Both the position numbers and the translations under genes were made by a program. This document shows positions 21,865 through 32,452 of a DNA stretch of 49,758 bases, in pieces. The notes below the pieces were generated by a model. The model was not told the origin of the DNA. It saw only the letters and a list, made by a program, of their open reading frames with translations, and did not search any database. The stretch is from contig JBBEBM010000001.1 in the NCBI GenBank assembly GCA_040882355.1, positions 1 to 49,758 on the forward strand, given 5' to 3'. The stretch is from Dehalococcoidia bacterium. GTDB lineage: Bacteria; Chloroflexota; Dehalococcoidia; DSTF01; RBG-16-68-14. How positions within the stretch are numbered: the first letter of the stretch is position 1; each line of letters begins with the position of its first letter.

Positions 21865-21989
21865 CTGGAACCGGCCAGAACCAGTTCACCCGCTCTCCCG
21901 CAATGCACCACATCCGTGTTTCTTCACTCACCGCACGAGACTGACCGTAACGTGCGCGACCCTTGAATGGGGCGCTTGGCGGCGCGGGC

Positions 21990-23582
21990 CTACGCGCAGC
22001 TATGCCCGAACTGCGTTACCGCGGCGCCGATGTCTCCGATGCTGACGAAGCCGTCCGGTGGCTGCAGGCGCCACGGCGCTTGACCGACGTACGACCCATG
22101 ACGGTCCGCGCTGACGTGGTAGTCGCTCGCGCTGCCCGGCGGCGCGAGCGGGTCCCCGTCGGGGTTGCCGCTCGCGCCGAAGCGGGCCACCACGGCTCCG
22201 ATGTCGGCCACGCCGACCGTCTTGTCTCGGCCCGGCACCGCGCCTGTGTACTGGTCCATGAAGTCCCAGATGCTCTTCGGATCGCGCCGGCCGCCGGCCA
22301 TTTCGCTGCCCGCCGCCGCCTGCGCCTCGCGCGTGTCCGTGCAGCCATCCTGGTCGCTGTCGGGGAGCACGTTTACCGGCGTCGCGCTGTTCGTGGTGCT
22401 GTTGTTGCCGAGCTGACCGGAACTGTTGCTGCCCCAGCACGTCACGTCGCCTCCCGTGGTCAGGGCGCAACTGTGGAAGTAGCCGGCGGAGATCGCAACG
22501 ACACCGCTCGTCAGGCCGGAAACGTCGACTGGCGTGCTGCTTGGCGTGGTGGCGCCGTTGCCGAGCTGGCGACTGCTGTTCGTTCCCCAGCACTTGACGC
22601 CGCCGCCCGTGGTCAGCGCGCAGGTGTGTTCCCATCCCGCCGAAACGGCGGCGACGCCGCTGGTTAGCCCGAGGACGTCCACCGGCGTGCTGCTCTGGGT
22701 AGCGGTGCCGTTGCCGAGTTGACCGCTGGCGTTCGCGCCCCAGCACTTGGCGCCCCCAGCCGTCGTCAGCGCGCAACTGTGGAAGTTGCCGGCGGAGACC
22801 GCCGCGACGCCGCTCGTCAGGCCGCTGACATCCACCGGCGTGGTGCTGCAAGCAGAGCTCAAGCAAGTCTCCGGACCGCTGCTCGTGCCGGTGCCAAGCT
22901 GTCCGAAGCTGTTGACGCCCCAGCATTTGACGCCCCCGGCTGTGGTCAGCGCGCAGTTGTGGGCGCCGCCACCCGACACAGCCGCGAGGCCGCTGCTCAG
23001 CCCTGAGACATCGAGCGGCGTCGTGCTGCAGGGCCCCGAGGGGCACACGTCAGGACCGGTGCTGGTACCGTTGCCGACCTGGCCGAAGTGGTTCGCGCCC
23101 CAGCACTTCACTCCTCCTCCCATCGTGATCGCACACGTGAAGAATGCGCCCGCCGACACGTCCGCCGCGCCGCTGGACAGCCCTGAGACGTCCCCGGGCA
23201 GATCGCTGCTGGCCGTCGTGCCGTTCCCGAGCTGGCCGTTGTTGTTGGCGCCCCAGCACTTTACGCCGCCGCCCGTCGTTAGCGCGCAGGCGTTGTGATT
23301 CTTCGCGGAGACGGCCGCGACGCTGCTGCCCAGCCCGAACGCGTCGCCCTCGGTGCTGCTGTCCGTCAGCGTGCCGTTGCCGAGTTGGCCCACGAAGTTG
23401 GCGCCCCAACACTTCGCGCCGCCGCTGGTCGTGAGGGCGCAGGTGTGCGCGGCGCCCGCCTGGACGCTCGCGGCGCTGGTGGGAGTGCCCGCAGCCAGCG
23501 CCGGTCGGGCAACCGGCGCCAGCCTGCCCGTGACCAGAGCCAGGGCGCAGATACCTAAGGCAAGCAGAATTCGTCGGATCAT
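21990..23582 (-). CDS. Secreted RCC1-repeat beta-propeller protein with flexitail-like C-terminus
   Basis: Signal peptide; ~7 repeats HTCALTTxGGVKCWGxNxxGQLGNG; C-terminal DSDQDGCTD...WDFMD...FGHSC. Confidence 0.9.
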   Translation of the reverse strand: MIRRILLALGICALALVTGRLAPVARPALAAGTPTSAASVQAGAAHTCALTTSGGAKCWGANFVGQLGNGTLTDSSTEGDAFGLGSSVAAVSAKNHNACALTTGGGVKCWGANNNGQLGNGTTASSDLPGDVSGLSSGAADVSAGAFFTCAITMGGGVKCWGANHFGQVGNGTSTGPDVCPSGPCSTTPLDVSGLSSGLAAVSGGGAHNCALTTAGGVKCWGVNSFGQLGTGTSSGPETCLSSACSTTPVDVSGLTSGVAAVSAGNFHSCALTTAGGAKCWGANASGQLGNGTATQSSTPVDVLGLTSGVAAVSAGWEHTCALTTGGGVKCWGTNSSRQLGNGATTPSSTPVDVSGLTSGVVAISAGYFHSCALTTGGDVTCWGSNSSGQLGNNSTTNSATPVNVLPDSDQDGCTDTREAQAAAGSEMAGGRRDPKSIWDFMDQYTGAVPGRDKTVGVADIGAVVARFGASGNPDGDPLAPPGSASDYHVSADRHGSYVGQAPWRLQPPDGFVSIGDIGAAVTQFGHSCA

Positions 23583-23782
23583 CGCCGCACCTCCGTCCCT
23601 GGCGCGGGCGGGGTTGGCCTAGAGCGCGCCGGACCACCAATCGTCGGCGCAAGCGTAGCATCGCCCTCCAGAGTTGTCAATCTCCTGCACTCGCGCCCGA
23701 GTCCTCGACCCTTGACCCCTTACCCTCGACCCATTCGCTGGGGTGGCGGCGGCCCCGGCCGTCGGGCTACCATCGAGGCGTC

Positions 23783-25066
23783 ATGCTCGTGAAGCTCGCA
23801 TACGGCGACAGCGGCCTCGATGTCGAGTTGCCGGACGGCGCCGTGGTGCTCCAGCCGGAGCGCGCGACGCCCCTTGCCGACCCCTCCCGCGCCGTCGCCG
23901 AGGCGATCGCGTCCCCGCTTGGGTCGCCGCCGCTGCGTGAGCTGGTGCGGCCCGACGACAGCGTCGCCATCGTCGTCAGCGACATCACCCGCCCCGTCCC
24001 CAACCGCCTCCTCCTGCCCCCCATCCTCGAAGCGCTGCATGACGCCGGCGTGTCGCGCGACCGCGTCGTACTCGTCATCGGCACCGGCATGCACCGCCCG
24101 ACCACACCCGATGAGGTTCGCCGCATCCTCGGTGACGACATCGCGTCGCGCTACGAAGTCGTCGACCACGACGCCCGCGATACGAGCACGCTCGCGCGCG
24201 TCACGACTACCTCTCGCGGCGTCGAGGTGCTCGTCAACCGCCGCTACCTCGAGGCGGACGTTCGCATCGTCACCGGCTTCGTCGAGCCGCACCTGTTCGC
24301 CGGCTACTCGGGCGGCGGCAAGGGGATCGTGCCTGGCGTCGCGGGCGCCGCCATCGTGATGAGCAACCACGGCGCGGACATGCTCGCCCACCCGAAGGCC
24401 ACCTGGTGCGTCACCGAAGGCAACCCGATCTTCGAGGAGCAACGCGACCTCGCGCTCCTCACCCGACCGAGCTTCGCCGTGAACGTCACGCTCAACGAGC
24501 GCCGCGAGCTCACCGGCGTCTTCGCCGGCGAGCTGGTCGCGGTGCACGAGGCGGGCATCGCGCAGGCCGAGCGGCAGTACGTGCGCGCAATCGCGCACCT
24601 CTTCGACATCGTCGTCAGCACGAACATGGGTTATCCGGCCGACCTGAACCTCTACCAGTCGGTCAAAGGCATCTCCGTCGGCGCGCAGGGGGTCCGCGAC
24701 GGCGGCGCGATCGTGCTCGTCGCCGAGTGCCGCGAGGGGCTCGGCCTCGCCGGGTACATCGAGCTGCTCACGAGCGAGGCCTCGCCGGGGGCGCTGCTGG
24801 AGCGCATCGCCGCGCCCGGCTTCGCCACGCGATACGACCAGTGGCAGGTTCAGGTGCAGGCGATGGTGCAGGGGAAGGCGGACGTCTGGCTCCACTCCAG
24901 CCTCTCGCGTGAGGCGACGGAGTCGGCGCACCTGCGCTACAGCGAAGACCTCGCGGCGACAGTCGAGGCGCTTCGCCGGCGGCATCTCGCGGACAACGGC
25001 GGCGAGCCGGCCATCCTCGCCCTCCCACACGGTCAGCTCACCGTGCCGCGGCTGGCTCAGCGATAA
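23783..25066 (+). CDS. larA: Nickel-pincer-dependent lactate racemase (LarA) family protein
   Basis: SDITRPVP, GTGMHR, VVDHD, EPHLFAGYSGGGK, DLNLYQSVKG, AECREG, DQWQ; substrate not assignable. Confidence 0.88.
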   Translation: MLVKLAYGDSGLDVELPDGAVVLQPERATPLADPSRAVAEAIASPLGSPPLRELVRPDDSVAIVVSDITRPVPNRLLLPPILEALHDAGVSRDRVVLVIGTGMHRPTTPDEVRRILGDDIASRYEVVDHDARDTSTLARVTTTSRGVEVLVNRRYLEADVRIVTGFVEPHLFAGYSGGGKGIVPGVAGAAIVMSNHGADMLAHPKATWCVTEGNPIFEEQRDLALLTRPSFAVNVTLNERRELTGVFAGELVAVHEAGIAQAERQYVRAIAHLFDIVVSTNMGYPADLNLYQSVKGISVGAQGVRDGGAIVLVAECREGLGLAGYIELLTSEASPGALLERIAAPGFATRYDQWQVQVQAMVQGKADVWLHSSLSREATESAHLRYSEDLAATVEALRRRHLADNGGEPAILALPHGQLTVPRLAQR

Positions 25067-26865
25067 GAGAAGACTTGCACGCCCGCGGCGTCGGCGACCA
25101 AGAGCACCTGACTGCCGGGCGCTTCGGCGATGCGCTGCTTCAGCCGCTCGATATCTTCGTCGGACAGAACGGGCACACCAGTGCCCGGGTCGGCCCGGTC
25201 GAGCACGCGCACTCGCGTCCCCAGCGCTGCCTCCAACCGCGGGACGAACGCCAGGCCCTCGGCAGCGATGAGCAGCGTGACGGACTTCGCCGGCGCGGCC
25301 CGCGCGGCGGGAGGCGCCTCCTCTGCGGCCTTCCGGTCCTCTTGCAGGACAAGCCAGTGGTAGGGGGCGAAGAGCCCCGCGGCCACCAGCGTGCCTATGC
25401 TCCACTTGGCATCGCGCAGCAGCGTAAGGGACATCTTGTCTTCGAGCACCGCGTTCAAGAAGACGAAGAGGAGGTAGCTCACGCTCCCGAGAAAGGTGAG
25501 CGTGGCCGCGCCCGCGATGCCGTAGAGGAAGATCCTCCTCGGCAGGCTCTGGCGCTCTTCTGTGCCGGCCCGGACCGCGCGTCCCTGAAGGGGGAACCAC
25601 TGGAGGGCCCAGAGAGGCCCCCCCACCAACGCCAGAGTCAGCACGAGCGTCATCCGGTCGCGCCACCAGTCGGGCCCCACGAGTTCGTCTCTGGCGCTGG
25701 TCACGGCGAGGCCGATGACCGTCGAGACGAGCACGATCACGGCGCCGATCAGCGCCCCTAACCCGAGCACCGTGACAAGGTAGCCGTAGATCCGGCGAGC
25801 CGCGCCCAGCTCACCTACGGCGGCGCGCTCCTCCCGCACGACGGCCCAGTGGTAGCCCCAGAGCACCAGGCCCACAAGGAGCGGCGCCAGCGCGGCCGGC
25901 ACGAAGCGGAAGTGCATGCCTGCCGAGTCAGCTTCGGGCGTGCCGATGCCCCACTGCAGGACGCCGTAGAGGAGCACCCCTGCGGCGCTGAGCGTAGTCA
26001 CGACGCCGGCCAGGATCGCGAGGTAGAGGTAGAACTGACGCATGTCGGAGTGGGCGTCGCGGCGCGCGAAGACGAGCCAGTGCGTCGCCCATACCACGCC
26101 GCCGGTCAGCGCGACGGCGAGGGTGGCCCTTGTCTCGTCGCTCCAGAGCGTGTCGTTGCCGCGCGCCAGGACAGGCAGCGAGACGACGCCTTCATACGCC
26201 TCGCGGAAGATGACGTACAACATGATGCTGGCGCCGCCGGCCAGCATGGCAAGCGTCGCGCCGGACGTGATGTACAGGTAGAGGCGCCGCACGATCCTGG
26301 TGTCGTCCGTGGGCTGGCCCTCGAGGCTTTCGTCCCTCCAGGTCATCGCCCAGAGCCCGCCCCACACCAGGAGGGCCATCACTCCGTATCCTCCGAACGA
26401 CCGCGCTCCGAACACCCAGCGCAGCACCTCCGTCGACGCCTCGACCGTCAATCCGAGCGTGACGCCCAGTGCGAGGTAGACGGCGACCTTGCGAATTACC
26501 GACGTGCGCTCGGCGGGCTCCTCCTTGAGCAGCCGCTCGACGCGGACGCGGTGCCAGAGCCAGACGGGCGTCCAGATCAGTGCCAGCGCCACGCCCAGCG
26601 CCAGTTGCGTCACGTCGCGGTCGATCGCAGTCGGGCCGAAGAGTTCGTCCAGCACGTAGCTGCCGATAAGCACGGCGCCGGTGCCGGCGACGATCATGTA
26701 GACGAACGTCCCAAAGTAGAAGTACAGCCGGCGCACCCTGCCGATGCCGGCCTCCGCTTCCGACTCCAGCCCCTCGCGGCGCCGCCAGCCGACAATGGCC
26801 GCGACGAGGGCCACGACCAACACCACCAGCACCAGCAGCGGGAAGAAGGATTCAACGAAGTCCAT
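25057..26865 (-). CDS. DUF5671-repeat membrane protein
   Basis: Repeated 'RRLYxY...TM...W..HW' units. Confidence 0.7.
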   Translation of the reverse strand: MDFVESFFPLLVLVVLVVALVAAIVGWRRREGLESEAEAGIGRVRRLYFYFGTFVYMIVAGTGAVLIGSYVLDELFGPTAIDRDVTQLALGVALALIWTPVWLWHRVRVERLLKEEPAERTSVIRKVAVYLALGVTLGLTVEASTEVLRWVFGARSFGGYGVMALLVWGGLWAMTWRDESLEGQPTDDTRIVRRLYLYITSGATLAMLAGGASIMLYVIFREAYEGVVSLPVLARGNDTLWSDETRATLAVALTGGVVWATHWLVFARRDAHSDMRQFYLYLAILAGVVTTLSAAGVLLYGVLQWGIGTPEADSAGMHFRFVPAALAPLLVGLVLWGYHWAVVREERAAVGELGAARRIYGYLVTVLGLGALIGAVIVLVSTVIGLAVTSARDELVGPDWWRDRMTLVLTLALVGGPLWALQWFPLQGRAVRAGTEERQSLPRRIFLYGIAGAATLTFLGSVSYLLFVFLNAVLEDKMSLTLLRDAKWSIGTLVAAGLFAPYHWLVLQEDRKAAEEAPPAARAAPAKSVTLLIAAEGLAFVPRLEAALGTRVRVLDRADPGTGVPVLSDEDIERLKQRIAEAPGSQVLLVADAAGVQVFSYR

Positions 26866-26898
26866 GTCAGTACCTCTTCACAGTCGCCATCTCTCCCC

Positions 26899-27345
26899 TC
26901 AATACAACGGTCCGCACCAGTCCTCCGGCCAGGTCATCTTCCAGCCGCCCCGTTCGAGCGTCAGCTCGAACGTCCGCTCGTACGAGTGCTCCTCCGGGCC
27001 GAAGGGGATGTTGGGATCGAACACGGTGACGTTGGCTGTGACGAGCGCGCGGTCGTCGAAGCGGTCGACATCCTCCAACGTCATCTGGGAGCCACGCACA
27101 CCCTGGTACGACGCCTGCTTCACGAAGTCGAGGAAGGGGCAGGTCGCTTGCGTGTCCCCGGCCAGGTAGGCGTACGCCTCCTCATGCTCGCCGTCCTCGA
27201 GCGCTCGGAGGTAGCGCTGTAGCACGCCCTCAGGCGAGTCCTCAGGCAGCAGTTCGCCGTCCGTCGTGAGCAGCGCGACGACGATCCCAGCCACGGCCAG
27301 CGCAGCGACGAAGACCGCCGCCCCAATCAGCCATACCCTCGACAT
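26899..27345 (-). CDS. Membrane-anchored hypothetical protein (NTF2-like lumenal domain)
   Basis: AAGGAGG SD; N-terminal TM; SPEGVLQRYLRAL...AYAYL...FELTLERGGWK. Confidence 0.7.
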   Translation of the reverse strand: MSRVWLIGAAVFVAALAVAGIVVALLTTDGELLPEDSPEGVLQRYLRALEDGEHEEAYAYLAGDTQATCPFLDFVKQASYQGVRGSQMTLEDVDRFDDRALVTANVTVFDPNIPFGPEEHSYERTFELTLERGGWKMTWPEDWCGPLY

Positions 27346-27493
27346 CGGCCCGCCTCCTTTCTCGCAACGCAGCGGCTGGCGCTGTAGTTTCCTCATCCTA
27401 CGGTGTCTGCCGTCCCGCAGTAAGGGCCGAAGGGCAGGGTAGCCGCAGGACGATTGGCTGGGCGGGACGGGCGCGCCCATGCGTCGGAAGGCC

Positions 27494-27518
27494 TGTAGGG
27501 GAGGCCTTTAGGCCTCCC
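27494..27518. repeat. GTAG REP-like hairpin
   Basis: GTAG-GGGAGGCC-TTTA-GGCCTCCC. Confidence 0.55.
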
Positions 27519-27578
27519 GCCGACGGCGCCCTCTCGAATTCCTCCGACGCGCTATCCGCTTCTCATCCGTTGACCGCC

Positions 27579-27606
27579 ATCTGTGTCCATCTGTGTGAAT
27601 CTGTGG
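27579..27606. repeat. Short tandem ATCTGTG repeat
   Basis: ATCTGTGTCC-ATCTGTGTGA-ATCTGTGG. Confidence 0.7.
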
Positions 27607-27613
27607 CCCGCCG

Positions 27614-28774
27614 TCACCCGTACCTGATCCGGAACAGCCGCCCCGACCCGTAGTCCAGCACCAGCAGCGACCCGTCGCGGTCCATGGCGACGTCGATCGG
27701 GTTCGAGAAGCCGCTCGCGAAGCGCTGCGCGCTCGAGCCTCTGACGTGGTACAGCGCCGGCGCCAGCTCCGGCGGCGCAAAGAGGCTGCCCCACAGGGTG
27801 AGGAACAGGTCGCCTCGATACGATCCGGGGAACTGGGCGCCGTCATAGTAGTCGATGCCTGTCGATGCCGTGTGCAGCCCCAGGTTCGCCACGGGCGCGA
27901 TGCCGTCGTGGAACGAGTCGCATTGCGGGCGGTACGGCCACCCGTAGTCGCCGCCGTCGACGATGCGGTTCAGCTCGTCGCTCGTCCCGCAGGGCGTGTC
28001 GGAGCCGTTGTCTGTCGCCCAGAGCTGGCCGCTGCTGTCGAAAACCAGGTCGTACGGGTTGCGCAGCCCGCGAGCGTAGACGCGCAGTCCGGAGCCGTCG
28101 AGGTTCGCCTGGAGGATCGTCGCCGAGCGCGCGTTCGCTTCGACGCAGTCGTCGCAGGTGGAGCCGTTCGTCACGTACATCTTCCCGCCGGCGAACGCGA
28201 TGCCGTTGTTCTGGTGGCGGCCGTGCGGCAGCCCGCTGATGATCGTCTGGGCGCCGCCCCCTCGCACGACGCTCACCCGGCCCGTGCTCGACACGTACAG
28301 CTCGCCGCCCGGCGACACCGCGATGCCCGTCACGTCGCCGGAGAACGTCGCGACGCGCGTCCGGCCGCCGCTCGTCAGGCGGTAGACCGGCCCGTGCCGC
28401 TCCGAGACGTAGACCGTGCCGTCGGGCGCCACCGCGACCGATGTCGGGCGGTAGAGGCCCTCCGCGACGACCGACGCGCCGAACCCGCCCGGCAGGCTGA
28501 GCCCCGCCGTCTGTCGAGGCGGCTGTCCGCCGCTTGGCTGGTTCGGCCCATTCGGCTGCCCGCTGCCGGCAGGGCGCGGCGTCGGCGTCAGCGCGGGCAC
28601 CGGCGTCGACGTGAACGTGGGCGTCGCCGTGCGTGTGGGCGAAGCCGTCGCCGTCGGCGTGCGCGTCGCCCGCCGCGTGCTCGTCGGCGTTGGGTCGGCG
28701 TCGCCGCCACCCCCGCACGCCGCGAGCGTAACCGCGAACGCGAGCAGCAGGACGACCGGGGGGCGCCAGGTCAT
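27614..28774 (-). CDS. PQQ-dependent sugar/sorbosone dehydrogenase-family lipoprotein
   Basis: Lipobox LAAC, Pro/Thr linker, HQNNGI, GLRNPYD, DYGWP. Confidence 0.85.
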   Translation of the reverse strand: MTWRPPVVLLLAFAVTLAACGGGGDADPTPTSTRRATRTPTATASPTRTATPTFTSTPVPALTPTPRPAGSGQPNGPNQPSGGQPPRQTAGLSLPGGFGASVVAEGLYRPTSVAVAPDGTVYVSERHGPVYRLTSGGRTRVATFSGDVTGIAVSPGGELYVSSTGRVSVVRGGGAQTIISGLPHGRHQNNGIAFAGGKMYVTNGSTCDDCVEANARSATILQANLDGSGLRVYARGLRNPYDLVFDSSGQLWATDNGSDTPCGTSDELNRIVDGGDYGWPYRPQCDSFHDGIAPVANLGLHTASTGIDYYDGAQFPGSYRGDLFLTLWGSLFAPPELAPALYHVRGSSAQRFASGFSNPIDVAMDRDGSLLVLDYGSGRLFRIRYG

Positions 28775-28819
28775 GCCACGATCATAGACGTTCGGGCGCA
28801 GAAGGCGAAGGGGCCCCGG

Positions 28820-31057
28820 TCAAGACACGCGAGGGTCCCCTGATGGCTCACCTTCGTCAGGTTCCTCCGCGCCTGCGCCGTCCTGATCGCTCTGCCCGCC
28901 GTCATCCTCCAGCAGGATACTACCAGCCTTATCCAGCTCGACCAGGAAGGCGACAATTGCCTGCTGACGCTCTGTCAGCTCAACTTCACTCTGGCCGAGC
29001 CCTGCCAGGCCTCGCAGTAACGCCTCCTCGCCTACTAATCCGATAGTGACGCGGTCCGGACGTAGACTGCCACTCCAGAACAGGCTGTCCCCGCCACCTG
29101 AGTAGGAGTCTGCGACGAAAACTTCGAGTGCCTTTGCCAGACGCGTTTCGTCGCTCACGCACATTTGCAGGAACGCACCTGCAAGAGCATGGTCATCGAG
29201 GTTCATCCAGACGCCCATGAGCCGCGGCAAATGTCCTCGGTCTAGCAGCGCGCCGGTATCGGCTTCGTGGCGAATCTGAATCAGTAACTGGTCCCGCACG
29301 ACCGACAACTGCTGAGGATTGAGAGAGCCACGAAGGCGATTCTTGGCGTCGTCCTCCAGGATGTCGAGGCAACGAAATACAGTGTACAGATCTCCTTCGC
29401 CACTCGCCGCCTTCTGGAGAGTCCGCGTTCGTTCCTCGCTCTCTAGTTGCTCGAGGACTTGGCACACGGCAAAGGCCAGTTGCAAATTCGCGTCAAACGA
29501 GAACGGGCGTCCAGTAGCAGCTAGATTGCCAACCGCGAGCAGCGCGCGCGCAGCCTTCTCGGGATCGGGGATGGCGCCTGCGTGGGCACGCAGGCGCGTC
29601 AACCATGGCGCCAGCTTTGCTGATTCGATAAGGCGCTCGAATAGATTCGTAAACGCGTCACCCAACCCGACATGGGCTAGCGTCGCATCGAACTCCGCTT
29701 GTGAGATAGACCGTGGGGAAGCTGAGAAGCCGAAGTACACATGGAAGTGTTCTTCGGACCTGAGGCGTCTCTCTTTCACCCACAGACTCCTGGCCGCAGC
29801 GCTCCAGTGAGTCTTCGCAACATGAAGCTTCTCCTCGACCGCAGGGAGCATGTACTCGAGGAGCCGCTCCACACTGTCCCATTCGTCGCCACAGGCGGCC
29901 TTGAAGTCGGCAAACCAGGTTGTTTCCCGGCGGATCAGCTCGATCGCGTCCATCTGCCCGAGGAGAAACCTGCGGTACGCCCATACCGTGGCATAGGTGA
30001 GCGGCCGGAACAGGCGCAGTGCCTCCATGGCCATGAATTCAGGGACGCATACCTCATCTTTGGCAAGGGGCAGGGCAAATGCCAGCGCATTCATGTAGCG
30101 GCTCGTGTCGCGCATGGTCTGCATCCACTCTGACGGCCCGCGCAGGAACACGTTCAGAAACTGCTCACTAGTAAAATGCGCGCCTGTTCGTTCCTGAAGG
30201 GCGTCGATGTCCCCGTACAGGGCCTGAATGACGACCTCATGGTCCGGCTGGGGCACGGGCACCTGAATCTGGACAATCTTCTCAAGAAACTCAGGACCAT
30301 AGATGGGTTCCAGAGCCCGAGAGATGACCTTCTCATCAAACGCCAAGAGGTAAACCATGTGGGGGAAGTCCGCATTGCTCTTGACGAGTTGAAAGACTTG
30401 ACGAATCTCTTCCTCCGAAAGCCGGTCAATGTCGTCCATCACGACGACGATCAACTGACCTCGTTTCCTCAAAATCTGGCTGATCTCATCCTTGATGGCT
30501 TGAGCGTCCTGGGCAGCCGCCTCCGCGGCCTCTTTCAGGAACCCGCTTCCCTTCTCGATGAACTTCCTGGCGCTCTTGACAAAGGCGCCCGCTGCCGGAT
30601 GGAGAAGGCTCAAGCCGAACTGGACAGGTGCTAGCGCGTGAGAGTACAGGCGTAGCCCGGTGGCGAGGCGGCGCACGTCTTCGGTGCTGTCTCCGCGTCC
30701 GAGATGAGAGCCGAGCGTGTCGAAGAACGCGGACACCACGAGATTCTGCTGCGAGTAGCTCCAAGGGTTGAACGGTATGACCACTGGTGCCAGGTCGCTC
30801 GTCTCCGCCTGGTCATCCATACGTTCCAGAGCAAGGTTGACGATTGAGCTCTTCCCACTCCCCCAAGCGCCGTAGACGCCCACCACGATACTTGATTCGC
30901 TGGTCCACTCCAGGATCGCATCGGCGATGCGATGGGCGAACGGCGCCCTTCCCAGTCGGTCCTGAGCGGCTGTGCGAATTGGCGCATCGGCTGATATGCT
31001 CGCGCCGGACTTGCCTTCAGGCTCCGTCTCGCTGCGGTCTTGACGGTCATTCGCCAC
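28820..31057 (-). CDS. KAP family P-loop NTPase
   Basis: DAPI...DRLGR, Walker A GAWGSGKS, FNPW, Walker B VVVMDDIDRL, FLEKIVQ. Confidence 0.9.
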   Translation of the reverse strand: MANDRQDRSETEPEGKSGASISADAPIRTAAQDRLGRAPFAHRIADAILEWTSESSIVVGVYGAWGSGKSSIVNLALERMDDQAETSDLAPVVIPFNPWSYSQQNLVVSAFFDTLGSHLGRGDSTEDVRRLATGLRLYSHALAPVQFGLSLLHPAAGAFVKSARKFIEKGSGFLKEAAEAAAQDAQAIKDEISQILRKRGQLIVVVMDDIDRLSEEEIRQVFQLVKSNADFPHMVYLLAFDEKVISRALEPIYGPEFLEKIVQIQVPVPQPDHEVVIQALYGDIDALQERTGAHFTSEQFLNVFLRGPSEWMQTMRDTSRYMNALAFALPLAKDEVCVPEFMAMEALRLFRPLTYATVWAYRRFLLGQMDAIELIRRETTWFADFKAACGDEWDSVERLLEYMLPAVEEKLHVAKTHWSAAARSLWVKERRLRSEEHFHVYFGFSASPRSISQAEFDATLAHVGLGDAFTNLFERLIESAKLAPWLTRLRAHAGAIPDPEKAARALLAVGNLAATGRPFSFDANLQLAFAVCQVLEQLESEERTRTLQKAASGEGDLYTVFRCLDILEDDAKNRLRGSLNPQQLSVVRDQLLIQIRHEADTGALLDRGHLPRLMGVWMNLDDHALAGAFLQMCVSDETRLAKALEVFVADSYSGGGDSLFWSGSLRPDRVTIGLVGEEALLRGLAGLGQSEVELTERQQAIVAFLVELDKAGSILLEDDGGQSDQDGAGAEEPDEGEPSGDPRVS

Positions 31058-31278
31058 GCGCTTCGCCTCCTGGCCGAGCAGTGATCAGGTGAGTGTAGCA
31101 CGGGACATGGCTTCAGTCTTCTTGCAGCGTCCGACACCGTGTATCCACGTTAACTTCGCGTTTCGGAGGAGAGTAGCCATACTCAGCCCACAGAACGCGG
31201 TTCTGCCAAACGGACTGCGCCGCATCGTGCGGGGAAGCGCCGCCCGCGCGCGTGGTTCGCTCAGCAGGAGAGCAGTCG

Positions 31279-31489
31279 CTAGGTCGCGGCGGTTGCTTCG
31301 GCGGCGGGGAGCGACTTGATGCGCTGCACTTCCTTCACGAAGCGGGCGATCTCGAACATCGCCTGGGGCGACTCGAGCTCCGCGACGACAGCGCAGTCCG
31401 CGACGCTCTTCCCGCACGCGACCGGCGTCTTCCGGTGCGGCGAGTGCTCCCAGAACAGCTTCTGCCTGGCGCCCGCGCGCCCGCCGCCG
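31279..31489 (-). pseudogene. Orphan 3' fragment duplicating the end of gene 32453-33028
   Basis: 211 bp colinear with 32453-32663, 16 mismatches counted by hand, same stop codon, no start. Confidence 0.88.
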
Positions 31490-31512
31490 CCCTACGTCGC
31501 TGGCGCTTGAGG

Positions 31513-31842
31513 TCAGCCCGGCCCTTCGGTCGGCGTGGGCGTTTCGGTCGGCGTGGGCGCGTCCGTTGGAGTCGGCGTGGCCGATGGTGTGGGGCTGTCC
31601 CCGGGCGCTGGGGTAGCCGTGCTCGGGGGAATGGCGGACGCGGTTGGGGTGACTGTCGGAGTAGGAGTTGCCGTCAGCGTCGGCGGTAGCGGCGTGTCCG
31701 CCGGATAGAGCGCGTCCGCGGCTTCAAGGACGCCGATGGTGAGGGCGATCACAACCGACGCTGCCATGGCCGTAACTCCGATCAGGAGGAGCAGGAGGAA
31801 GAGCCAACGCTCCTCGGACCAGGCTCCGTTGCGCTCGTCCAT
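31513..31842 (-). CDS. Hypothetical membrane protein with Pro/Thr-rich tail
   Basis: Hydrophobic N-terminus, TPTPT repeats. Confidence 0.6.
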   Translation of the reverse strand: MDERNGAWSEERWLFLLLLLIGVTAMAASVVIALTIGVLEAADALYPADTPLPPTLTATPTPTVTPTASAIPPSTATPAPGDSPTPSATPTPTDAPTPTETPTPTEGPG

Positions 31843-31852
31843 AACAGTCGAC

Positions 31853-32239
31853 CTAGCGGTTCAGGTCGACGGCCTTGGGCAGGAAGCGGTCCGGCCACCG
31901 GCCGACCAGGAAGGCGAGATGCGTGTCGACTTCGCGTTCCGCGTCGCGGCGCGCGCCAAAGGTCCGGAACAGCATGGTCCCCAGCACCATCAGCGCGATC
32001 ACCGAAATGAACACCACTACGCCAAGGATCGTCTCGTACCACCCCGAGACGTCCGCGCTCTGTAAGGAGCCCGCGATGGCGAAAACACTGCTCGATCCAG
32101 CCGTGATGCCTAGCACGGTCGCGATGCCTGCCGCATACTGAAGCAGGTTGCGGTTGTGGCGAGCGGCCTGTTCTCTCGCGCAATGCCAGGCCCTGAGCTC
32201 GGTCACCGTATCGTCATCAAGGGGTGGTTCGGTGGTCAT
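31853..32239 (-). CDS. Hypothetical two-TM protein
   Basis: 128 aa with two hydrophobic segments; 10 nt from the next gene. Confidence 0.6.
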   Translation of the reverse strand: MTTEPPLDDDTVTELRAWHCAREQAARHNRNLLQYAAGIATVLGITAGSSSVFAIAGSLQSADVSGWYETILGVVVFISVIALMVLGTMLFRTFGARRDAEREVDTHLAFLVGRWPDRFLPKAVDLNR

Positions 32240-32452
32240 GCGTCACCGCCTATCGTTCTGTGGAGGCGCGGCCGCCCGGGTTCCGCCGCTCCTCGCCAAG
32301 GCCCGATGGTCTGTTCGCTGCTGCACCCGAGGATCGGCGCGGCAGCACCATATGATAACCTAAGCGCGCACCGATATCCAGGCCGCCGCCGCCTCGAAAC
32401 GGAGTGGCGAACCGCGCTCGTCCGCCATGGCCGCGGCGCAGGAGAAGGATCG

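Noticed and set aside
22380..23470. Periodic DNA repeats resembling a CRISPR array
   Set aside because: They are in-frame RCC1 protein repeats; no cas genes.
23720..25666. Long shadow ORFs (e.g. 648 aa here; also 3490-5163, 5184-6845, 41482-42846 and the N-terminal extensions of 37348-38874 and 44677-46164)
   Set aside because: Antisense or alternate-frame products of high GC overlapping recognisable genes.
32258..32305. Similarity between the upstream regions of 32239 and 33028 (GGCGGCCGC..GCC.CCAC.GAA) as attC-like cassette sites
   Set aside because: Short, GC-rich and gapped; no RYYYAAC/GTTRRRY cores; could be chance.
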